NCBI RefSeq assembly: GCF_009834535.1
Contig: NC_045697.1
Coordinates: forward strand, 19,966,001-20,030,000
Source of the DNA: Camelus ferus
Lineage: Eukaryota
Reading direction: 5' to 3'
Length of the DNA: 64,000 bases
In this document: positions 53,479 to 64,000 of the stretch, in pieces
How positions within the stretch are numbered: position 1 is the stretch's first letter
Layout: the number at the start of each line of letters is the position of its first letter
Notes under the pieces: model-generated
The model's database searches: none
Told to the model about the DNA's origin: nothing
What the model saw: the letters and a program-made list of their open reading frames with translations, nothing else
Translations under genes and position numbers: made by a program

Positions 53479-56400
53479 CTGTGTGCTAATGTTCAAAGAA
53501 GACCTGTACCAGAGTTTGTCTCTGCTTTCTTAAGAACAGAATTTAGCCAGTAGATAGACTCTTTCTTCTTCTCTATTCAAGAGCTTTGAATAAAACTAGA
53601 GCACAGAGTATATTTTTTTTAAGTAAATGTGTTGATGCCCAGCTTCTTAGGTGGAATTTCGGGCCAGCTTAGCCACTGTTCCCAGTGGGGATGGAACAGC
53701 TCTATCGAGAAAGTTCTCTAAACCATCTGGAGTGTTATGGTGACATTTACTTTTCTCTAATTTGCTCTCAGTGTGTCATTCAGCTTTCTCTGTTCTCGAA
53801 GGACATCCCTGAGTTTGAAATTGGCTGTTTTCTTTATTCATTATCAAAGACTATCATTAAGACAACACAGAAAATAATGTTGCATTTCAAAGCAACAGCT
53901 GCGCCGTCTTCGACAGTGCTTTATTAACAGTCTCTAAGTTGTATACCACATTGAGTTTTCAACTTTTCAGAGAATGACACCATTTTTTCTCCACTTCCCC
54001 AGATTTTTAATGAGCAGTTTTTCCCCTGATGTCTGTGTCAGAGGGTGAAGAGGTATGTTTTTTGGTTTCCGGCTGTTTCAATTAAGGAGATGATCATTAT
54101 TTTGTGTACTCTGCCATCTCTAATAAATCTGATTAGGGTAAATTCTAACACAGAAAGTGACTTAGTTCACATTGATTTTTAAAAGGCATTGGTAATTACT
54201 CCAGATTGATAAACCTCATCTGTTTCAGCAACAGATGCTTTTCTACAAGAAGGCCCACACCACACTTTATCTTCATTTTTTCTCCTGTATTTTCTACCCG
54301 TCATCCCATGTCTTCCAGAGTGTGTAGGAATAATCTTCTACAGAACAAAGGGAATAGCAGCAGATTCAAATCTGAATCAAATTGTCAAAGCCCCCTCACA
54401 ACCTACAGTGATGCAAAGCTGTACAAATTATCATTCTAAATCTATCAACACTTCCATGCTGTTTCCTCAATAGGAATAATTGGATGATTTATATTTCCTG
54501 CTGACTTTTAAACATGACTGTCAGTGCATAAAACAAATTAGTTTTAATAAGAACTTTCACATGAACACATAGAAATAGAGTGACAGGAACAATAAATGGA
54601 GGTTTTCAATAATTGTATTGACAGAGCTTCACCAAAAGAATATTCAGGTAATTAGGATGATTAAACAATAATGAGCATTCCACTTACTACTTTCATCTGA
54701 TTTCAAAATGTCTAATGAATTTATTAATGACAAGCATACTGTCTTTAAGATAATGAGTCCCTTTTTTCATCAGGACTGAAATGTTATACTGATGAAATTG
54801 AAAGCTAGTCAGACTTGAAAAAATGATAAATACAGATCCCAGAGATTCATCTGAAATATGTTTCTTTATGAAACAAGTCTCAAATGAGTTACATTTACTA
54901 AAACAGTTGATTTTTGTTATTTAAAAATTTTCATTTTAGAAAATATATTTTTAAAGTAGCAAACCGTAATATTTATAAAGCTAATAATTGTTTTATGTTG
55001 AAGGAACTTTGATGGAATTATATTATTATTTTGTTTATTTATATATATAATTTCATTAATGCATAATGTTGTTACGGAGCAGAAAGATTATGGTCACAAG
55101 CATAGAGCCTGGTGTATGATTTGGAGTGAGCGGTTGAAGTGAAGTTAGGTAATTGAAGCTGATAGGGTTAGTTGGAAGCAAATTTCAGATTTCTTTGAAA
55201 GGAGGATAATGCTGAAAAGCTTCATTCAATGGGAAATACTGTTGTTAAATAGTGGGAAAATGTGGAGATAGATGTTCTCTTCTCCATACTGCCATGGCGA
55301 GATTGTCATGATGGGATTAAATCACTGAAGTCTCCATGTAATAAACTTGATTTTCTGAAATCTTTTAGTATGGAAAATTTTAATTACTGTATTATTGATT
55401 TATCTTTATTATTTGCAAACTCAGGCTATTAGGAGATAAAATAGCTCATAAGGGGTTTTCAGAAGTTTGATGGCATTTTATAACACGTTACTAGATGACA
55501 TATACAGATATATGTATCACTAAATTGTATCACTAAATTATTTGAAAAACAGTTCTTATATATTTATGTTAAATATATTGCACATTATTACATAAGTGAA
55601 TTATTTCCCTACTATGACACTTGTAAATTTCAACAGAAAAATTTAATTTGTCAAATCCCATGAGCAAAGGCTCACCAATGAACTTCTAAGATTATTTATC
55701 TGTTTAAATTGAGAAATAAAGGGAAAATAATCTCTTACTTATTACAGGAAGATTTTCATTTCTGAAAATAAGATTCTAAACTTAATAACAGACTCATAGC
55801 TCCTTCCTTAAAAGATGCAGAGGCTGCAGTGATGCAAAACCTTCACTGCACCTGCTATCCCCATCTACTTCTCTGCAGCCAAAATGGATGCAAGAGGCTC
55901 TTTTCATACCCAGAGAGTACAGCCTGGAATAGAGGGGATTGAAACGGTTCCTGGAACAGAACAGGGGCTGGCTTACCTGCCTACAGTATCATCAACCAGC
56001 CAAAATTTTTTAACCATACTTTCATTGAACCTATTCACTCAGTAGTCATCACCAAGAACTATACCAGGAAGAGAGAAAGAAGCTATAAAGCAGAACAAGG
56101 TTCAAATGGTCAAAGCATAAATGAAAACACAGATATCTAGAATATACATGCAAGATAATGCTTCATATTTCAGATATGTATTTATACCTCTGTGTGTATA
56201 TCTCTATATTTCAGATATATATGTCTATATTTCTATAAAAATCATGTGTGTGTGTAATAAAACTAATAAAATGATTACTTTTGAAGAAAGTAGGGGTAGA
56301 AATAGTATTCCAAATTGTTACTTAATCAGACCTTAGAGATTGTAATTTAACTTTTTACCAGAATATATAGTCATGTTCTGGTTTTATAACAAAGTAATTT

Positions 56401-56990
56401 TAACAAATATCTATGTCACATAAGCACAAGGGCCTTAATTGCCAGTTGAGCCTCCAGCAGGCACAATCACAGTGGCTTCTACCTTTGATAAAATGGTGGT
56501 AGAGCTAAGAAAAATTAAAGCACATGCTTCTCTCTGCCATTTTCACCACAGCCCTATGATCATCCGTGCATATTCTTCCTTCAGGGAAGGTCTTCCAGTT
56601 CCACATGCTCTGTGCCAGCAGTGCCTTAGCAGCATTTCATCCCTGGGGTGACCACAGCTTCCTCACTGCTCTTCCTTGCCCCTGGTAGGAATTGCTAATA
56701 CACTGCAGTAAATTTAACAAATGTTTTATTCACATGTTTACATTCTAAGTATTGTGCTGAACTCAGGTCAGAATGCACATAGGGGCCAGAAAATTCAAAT
56801 GTAAATAAAACTTTCATCAAATATGGCCATAAAGAAAAAATGCATTAGTTTACCTTAATATGAAGACATAAAAAAATCTAATATTATTCCTTTATATATT
56901 TGGATTTTTAATATGTTTATTATTTCTATGAAGTAAAAGATACTCACTAGCGAAATTTTTATTAAGTACTTACAGTATACTGTGTACCTT

Positions 56991-57521
56991 TATTACCAAG
57001 TCCAAACTCATTCTGCTCGCCACACGACAGGCCTATAAATTGGGAGATGAGGTATTGGGGCAAAGAATAATGACTTTATTCAGAAACCTGACACACTGAG
57101 AAGAAGGCAGACTAATGTCCTGGAGAATCATCTTCCCCAAGTCAGAATTCAGGCTCCCTACTTATCCTAAAAGGGGAGAGTGTGTGATTGGTTGTTGTAA
57201 ACTTCTTGGTGTTGGAATCCTTTGTTCCAGCAGCTGTCCACCTGAATCAGGTCCTGGTGTCCTTGTAAAGCTCTAACAGGACAAATGTTTTCATTTCATT
57301 TCATTCTATTCTGCAACTTTTTATCTTTATATGAATGGGAAAGTGTTATATCCTTAAAGATCAGAGCCTTGAGAATTGACTATCCTGTATATTTCAGGGT
57401 ATAGGCAACATTCCTTTACAAAAGGTGCAGAACCAGCATGACAAATGCCAGAAACAGACCAAAGGGTTAGAGCCAAAGGAACGGATCTAAAATGGAGTCA
57501 GATTTGTTCTTCCCTACTACA
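56991..57521 (-). mobile_element. Cetartiodactyl ERV1-type solo LTR
   Basis: t(a)ttaccaagtccaaactc...gactttattcagaaa (antisense AATAAA)...aaaatggagtcaga...ctactaca; flanks cctt/ccat. Confidence 0.85.
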
Positions 57522-57802
57522 CCATGAAGGAATTTAAAGCTAAATTAGTAGGTTCTTGTATTTAAGGAGCATATTATCAAGTAAGGGAAATAAAATAAAT
57601 GCATAGGGAAATTTGAAGATGAGATAAAAAGGACTGTGAAATCTTAGAAAGATGCAGTGTGAAGTAATCAAGAAACTCTTGATTAAACTGAGCCTTAAAT
57701 ATATCAGATATCTAAAGTTCCTTACATTAGATTTCCTTCTATTTGGAAATATGTAGTTGTATGCATGTATATATGTTTTATAAATTTGTATACATATATA
57801 CA

Positions 57803-58236
57803 TGTTACCAAATCCAAGTTTGTACTGCTTGCTGCAGGACAGGCCAATAAATTGAGAGATGAGTTGTTGGGACAAAGAATAGCAACTCTATTTGGAAAGC
57901 CAGCAGACTGAGAAGATGTTGGACTAGTGTCCCAAAGCACCGTCTTGCCTGGGTTTGGATGCTGTTTGTTTTATAGAATAAAGAGGAGGAGATGAGGAGG
58001 TAAAATAAAAAAGATAAGTTGTTGCAAATATTTCCTGATTTGGGCCAGACTCTGGAGGGGATGTGTTATTTTTTTCTTTTCCAGCAGCCCTTCACAGTCC
58101 TGGTCAGGATATTTCCTGTGAGTTATTTTAGCTTAATGCTCAGGCATGGGAGGCAAGGTTCCTGGAGATGGGCCATCATGTATACTTTAAGCTATAGGCA
58201 ACATCCCTATAAGTGATTAACTTTTAGCAAAAGCAA
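57803..58236 (-). mobile_element. Related ERV1-type LTR, U3 end truncated
   Basis: tgttaccaaatccaag...gacaggccaataaattgagagatgag...ctgagaagatgttggactagtgtcc is homologous to 56991-57135; different mid-section. Confidence 0.8.
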
Positions 58237-60297
58237 AGTTTAGCACCGCCATTTAGGATAAGCATTTTTGGTCCCAATTCTCACTATTTTGTGATTTAAA
58301 TTCTCACTAAATGTGATGTGATTAAAAAAATGAAAAGGATAATATTGATATCCTTGTGCAAAATAAGCCCAACCAAATAAATGCACTCTCAAGTAAGAAC
58401 AAGTAAGAACAAAACAAAAAATAAAAATTTAATAATGGAGATGAAAGTTAAAAGGTGTCTAAGTGAGTGATTTTAGAGCAAAATTTATACTTTTTAGAAT
58501 AAAATAAAGTCAAATTTCATGGAGGCTAAGATATTAGTAAGGGAACAAGATCTCCATTCATTCTATGACATTCAGAAACAGTAATTACTGAAGATATTTT
58601 AAGACAAAGCCTCAGCTGGGTCAAAATTTTCTCATCAAATTAGAAAATGTTAGTGAAATTTGAAAAGGCTTAAGGTGTAATATGGTTATTTTATATGCTG
58701 CTCAGCAGAAGTAAGCTTGGAAAGAGAATGTGGAGCTCAGACAAATATACAAAGACCTCCAGATACGTCTTCATGGAATATCAAGGGTAGGTTGTATAAA
58801 CCTACTAGGAAGTGATGGCAGCTAAGAGTGAGAAGCAGAAAGAGAACAGCCAGAGAGTAAAGGGTCTTAAAAATCAAGAAGGTTATGGGAGGAATCAGGA
58901 ATTCTGTCATAGTTATGAACTTACAGGTCAGACTGAATTATAATAACAACTTTACATAAACGTTAAGGTATTAAATTGTACTGACCAGGTTTTAAATGCC
59001 AGGTCACATTCTTGCTCTCTAATTCTCCTTTTGACAATCATATTTATACTTTTCTTGTTGCCATATAATTGAGATGAATATCAGATTATAAAGAAGCCGG
59101 TTTGTGAATGTCTGGCTTCCTGGAAGCGCACACAACTTTCACAGTGATTGGACAAGCAACAGTGAGGCATGGCTAGGAATGAAGGGAACGGGCAACACAG
59201 GCTGACATCACGAGGCAGCTGCTGGGATTGAACATGGCTGTACCCTTGCCCTAGGTGTGCCGTTTCCCCTCGGGGCTCCTTGGTGAAATAGAACTACTGT
59301 CATCACTGATTTGAACTTTTATGCCTTAAATCCTTTAATATCAATCAAGTGCAAGGAAAACTTCTGATTATTAAAATGTTAAACACTTCCTAAGTTCAAA
59401 GCATCTGTATACTGAAGCTTGTAGGAGATTCCCCAACTTCCTCCCTTAAAAGTACAAATATAGTTTTGGTGGCAGTGCTCTTGGTTGGGGGAAGTTGAAA
59501 TCTGCAGTAGAAGAGAAGGCTTAAAATATTTTCAAGGTATTTTACACTTATTTTTGAGTCGCACAGACCCAAACAGGTACCAAATAAAACTAAAAGTAGC
59601 TTTAGACCATCAAGTTTTATAAATCTCACATTTTTATCCAAAGGATGATATATTCAATTGTAATAATATCATAATTCTGTGGATAGATGAGGCTAACATC
59701 TTGAATACATTTTTCTTCCTGTTGCTTTTCTTACTGTGCCCTTTGGTTTTGCCCTTAGGCAATAACTAACTTGTCAAAAGAGGATCTGTAAGAGTGATGC
59801 TGGTTGCTGACCTAACGATCACTTCTGTTCTTCCGCAAATTGGAGTTGTTCTTTCCTCTTGCAAGACTGAACCTTGTGTATTATATGGGTTGTTTTTACT
59901 AGTAGAGTCTTCAGCCTTGTGTTATTTGTGGAATGCTGATGATTCACCGCATTTTTCATACCTTTTGAAATTGTATCTTCAATATCACTTGGTGCTGCTT
60001 AGTTCTGCTGCCTGTTAGCCATTCCAGTAGCTCGTACTGACCTAGCACCGGTGTGTCTTGCAAAGCATAGCAGCGTGAAATAAGGCAAATGAAATTGTAG
60101 CGTATTTTAGATGGTGGCACCTGGTCCCCAGATGAACTGATTTACAGGTCAATAACCATTCGATGATAAAATGGGTGCTTAGATAAGGCAGTTCAGTATT
60201 TAGAAGATTGAAATGACTAGTTTGTTTCCCAGTGGGTCTGGCTAAGCAGGTAGTTGGTGAGCTAAGGTTCAGAATTACGTAGTTGATTAACACTTAG

Positions 60298-60299
<2 letters not shown>

Positions 60300-60328
<29 letters not shown>
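60300..60328. repeat. Poly(T) run
   Basis: Direct observation. Confidence 0.95.
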
Positions 60329-60429
60329 GGCTGGGACTGTCATAAGACTGTTGAGACACAACACAGCAGTAGCAGTTGTGAATATTCAAGTGACATGTAC
60401 TTCTCTTGCTGTGTTGGTCTCCTCCTCTG

Positions 60430-62086
60430 TTTTATCAAATAAATGACTTATCTCCATTTTATTTATTTATTTTTTAATCTTGTTTTTCCATTTGGAACAT
60501 ATCCCTGTGATTCTTCATTTTGCTTGACTCTTTGTGTTGGCTTCTATACATTAGATAAAACAGCCGCCTTTCCCAGTCTTGAAGGAGTTGCAGCCCGTGT
60601 AGGAAATGAACCTTATTTTTCAGCCCTTCCCTAATTCTTGATTATCTCTCAAGCCTTTGTGAGTGTCTAAGCCATTTTTTAAATTTGTAACTCCCAATAT
60701 TTGAGAGTATACCAAAACTTGCTAGTGTCTCAAAGGAAAGGATTTCAATCAGCACCTCCATTCGATCTGTTGGAAGCCAGTGCCTCAGGCAGCACCTTTC
60801 AAAGAACTCAAATAAATACAGTCCTGTGGGACCACAAGCATCAGCCTCGCTATCCTCCAGAGTCGGGCAATTTGGAGGTTTGTCCCCTGGCAGCAGCCAC
60901 AAAATAAAGGTGTCAGACAAGGGTAGAAGCGCCCTTTCTGGAAGCTGGAGCAAAGCAGAGGGAGAATTCAAAGACTGTATCCACCAGCCTTTGTTCCCTG
61001 AGAACACATCCCTAGGCCCCTTGAAGTGTGCCAAACTGGAAACTGGCCCCTCAGGCCAAAGCTCCTAGAAGTGCAAACAGGCCTCTTTCTCAGAAAGACT
61101 GGACGTGCGTTTCAGCCCTGTCTGTGCAAGTGCCCTGGAGGTGATGGTCTGCCAAGGTTGGTCTCTCCAGTTGTTACAGTTGCATGGAACCCAGGAATGC
61201 AGGTCCCCCAGCCTTCAGAGCCAGGTGATGAAGGGGTGTCCCCTGGGCTGCAGCCACAAAAACTAGGTCACCAGATGTAAAAGCTGGGGCACCAGATGAA
61301 CGCAGAAGCTTCCCTCTGGGAGATACTGGCACTCCAGGGTGAGGCAAAGGGGGAGTGGAAAGATGGCATTGGCCACAAAAACTTAAAAAAAGGAAAAAAA
61401 ATTTAAAAAGATGAACCACCAAGGTAAAAAAAAAATGTCTAGAGTTTAGTTAATTAATTAATTAAAAGCCTAGATTAAAAAAAAAATGGTGCCCACTAGA
61501 CTCTGTCCCTTGAATATATCCTAGCACGTCCCTGCCCTTCATTCTGATGATTTAAAATTAGCAAATAGGCTTCGTTCACATGAAATCTGAGGACATTTTA
61601 AAGGTTGCTTCTGTGCTGGGCCATGGGGTGAGTTTGCTTGTGAGCCCTTTAAGAAGTGATTCTCAGTTCACCACAGCCCCATGGGTCTCATGGGCATGAT
61701 CTTAGTTGGCTTTCAAAGCTAGATATTTTAGGCACTCATCTTTTAGATGTAGGTCTTAAAAGTTGGGGTGCCCAATGTGGGATGTGAACCTTTCACTCCT
61801 CAGGCAGAAGGGCCAGGTTTTCAGTTCTCTCCCATTTGTGGGTCACCATGTAGGGGTTTGGGGTTGGGAGGTGGGGTTTATAGCAAGATTGTATCTTAGC
61901 CTTCCCTACTTGCTTGGATGTGTTTATTTTTTTCTTTGCCTGATGTAAAGAAGTTGTCCTGCTGGTTTTTAGGTCTTTTTTCAAGAAGAAATTGTTCATA
62001 TGTAGCTTTAGATTTTGTGTGTCCACAGATGGTGGTGAGTTCAGAATCTTCCTGTTTCATCATCTTGAGCCAGAACCCACCTCTCC
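60430..62086 (-). mobile_element. LINE-1 5' UTR plus start of ORF1 only
   Basis: Minus strand begins ...ctcaagatgatgaaacaggaagattctgaactcacc (L1 5' start); ORF1 start ATG at 60518 reads MKNHRDMFQMEKQD; homology is lost near 60430. Confidence 0.8.
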
Positions 62087-62164
62087 CCTTTAAATAGTTG
62101 TAGACTTGTAGTACACATTATTGCTCATTATTTGAATTTCCTTTAGCCACTTTGAATTTGGATG

Positions 62165-62360
62165 TTTATGTTATAAAAAGTCTGAGCCAAATTACTTTGT
62201 CTCAGTTACATCATCTGTAAGGTAGAGAAAGCAATCCATAAAATAGGTAGGTGATCCCTACCATATAGAGTTGAGAGGATTAAGCAGGTCAGTACACACA
62301 GAGAATTGAGAACAGTTTATATCATGTAGTGAATTTTAGTAAATATTAGCTAGGACCGCA
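62165..62360 (+). mobile_element. MIR
   Basis: tctcagttacatcatctgtaagg...gttgagaggattaag...gtaaatattagct. Confidence 0.65.
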
Positions 62361-62739
62361 AAAACAATGATGATGGAGAAGATGAGGGTGATTCAATGAC
62401 AGATATTTTATATAACCTTTAATGTTCAGGTCTCTGGTGGTTTCTAATAATTCAAAACCCTATCAGACTTTTTCCACATTAAAATATAATTTTCAACTCC
62501 TCAATAACCGAGAAGAAAATACAGTCTTCAAGGCACCTCAAGTAGATATAACACTGCATTGGGTCTTGTGCAGATAGGCAGAGGGGGCAAAGATCACATA
62601 GCTTACCTGGCCATCTGGATGGTCAACCTAATAATAAGCCTAGGGACATTTTTCTAAAGAGAAAATTAGGGGAGAGTATTTCCCTGTTGAGTAATTAAAA
62701 TAAACACAGGCACCATTTCAAAGAAGACTTTATTAACTA

Positions 62740-64000
62740 GTTTAATAATTATTTATTGGGAACAAAGTTCTTACATTCATGGGAGGTACATTCTAGTGGG
62801 AGGAAAATGACAAACTACTGAAATTTTGCATACATGGTATTTCTCAAGGAGATAAGTGGGACTGAGAAAAATGGGGATTGTCATCTTTTATTGGGTCTTG
62901 AAGAAGGAATCACTGAGATGTTAGGCAGTTAGATAGGAATGGGCACTAGGCAAAGGGGAGAGGAAAGGGGAGTGTACAATCCAGAATTTAATGGTTCACC
63001 TGCGCTCAGGATAGGAGACGTCAAAGAGTTTTACTTTCTCTAAGTAAATGCCAACAAAGAAGCCAGTTAGAACTGGATGCCACGACTGCATGGTAGAGAG
63101 AAGGACCTGACCTGACAGGACACAGTGCTCATTATAATCAATTAGCATTACAGTTTAGGCACCCCCCTTCCGTGGGCTTTTCTGTGTGCATAGTGGGTAA
63201 GAACATGGGCAAAGGAGATGGGCATACCTAAGCACTCAAGGGGCATGAGCCATCATGAGAAGCCCCTAAGCCAGGATATGAGACAGGAGAAACAAAGGAG
63301 GGGCGGGGCCATTGTCCTCTCTTGGGTCAGCCAGCCTTCAGTTCTGGAAGGTGTACTTTGCTTTGCTAACTTTTGCTTTACTAATAAGACTCTTTATTTA
63401 CACAATGCTTTAGACTACTTTCTGAATTCTTTTCTTTCGGGGAAGACAAGGACCGAGGATTTTCCCCTCCTTGAGGTAACAAAGAGACCAGACAACCAGA
63501 TAATTGGGGGAAAGGGGACACGAGTCACATAGCATTGTCAAGAAGAGAATTGCAGGAGAGACAGCAGCAGTGCAAATGATCTGGGGCACTTAAGATGTGC
63601 TGACACTTTAGGATATTTCAGAAATAATAATAAACCAGTGTGGGTAAAGCTGAATGTATAAATCTTAAAGCAATGGGAGATACTGTCAGTGTATGTAGGA
63701 CCTTTCGTGAATTAAATGAAAACCTGCTGACAGATTTTGAGGAAAAGAAAGAAATCTTCTGACTTACATTTTTGAGGGAGAATTCTGGTGCTGTGTTAAG
63801 AATGACTATTGGGAAGGTAAGTAAGGACACTGGGAGGAAACCTTTAGAAATCTGTTATGCAAACTTAAGCAAAAGCTGCTAGTTGCTTGGCCATGGTAGG
63901 AGTGGAAATATTGGGAAGGGACTGGATTCTGAATGTATTTTCATACAAGGATTTGTTTATGAATTGATTTCATAGAAGGGAGAAATAAGTGGCAAGTGCT
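62740..64000 (-). mobile_element. LINE-2 fragment interrupted by an LTR
   Basis: ggaggtacattctagtgggagg; attctggtgctgtgttaagaatgact; ctggattctgaatgtatttt...aaggatttgtttatgaattg. Confidence 0.7.
62919..63481 (+). mobile_element. ERV1-type solo LTR
   Basis: TGTTA...TAACA ends; flanks gaga/aaga; GC box ggggcggggc at about 63300; splits the L2. Confidence 0.82.

Noticed and set aside
56991..58236. LTR pair as a deleted provirus
   Set aside because: Different U3 sequences, no PBS or PPT between them, and the first LTR has its own near-TSD.
60300..62086. Poly(T) as the tail of a chimeric L1-5'UTR retrocopy
   Set aside because: No TSD, no nearby poly(A) signal, and a pure homopolymer is inconsistent with the aged L1 next to it.
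1..64000. ORF track as host genes, or a novel multi-gene system
   Set aside because: All ORFs are 150 aa or shorter, many start at non-ATG codons, and there is no recognisable host protein or consistent exon chain. The recognisable peptides are L1 or ERVL remnants.

Overview
AT-rich, CpG-depleted mammalian genomic DNA (intergenic or deep intronic). I find no recognisable protein-coding exon, RNA gene, CpG island or CRISPR array. Roughly half the window is transposon-derived: old and young LINE-1 fragments, MIR and L2 relics, hAT DNA transposons (Charlie1b-, MER112-, MER115-like), MaLR LTRs, decayed ERVL internal sequence and several lineage-specific ERV solo LTRs. The youngest L1 has a cetartiodactyl-type 3' UTR, yet I see no CHR, Bov or PRE-1 SINE, which suggests a camelid (inference). 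The supplied ORFs are chance ORFs, microsatellite read-throughs or decayed TE remnants. I cannot support a novel biological system here. The best curiosities are structural: an ERVL-class element with a tRNA-Arg(ACG) primer site, an L1 5' UTR fused directly to an L1 3' end, a twin-primed inverted L1, a 76-bp duplication in an LTR U3, and a few repeat-free candidate regulatory blocks. Family names come from recalled consensus similarity, not a database search. Boundaries of old repeats are approximate.
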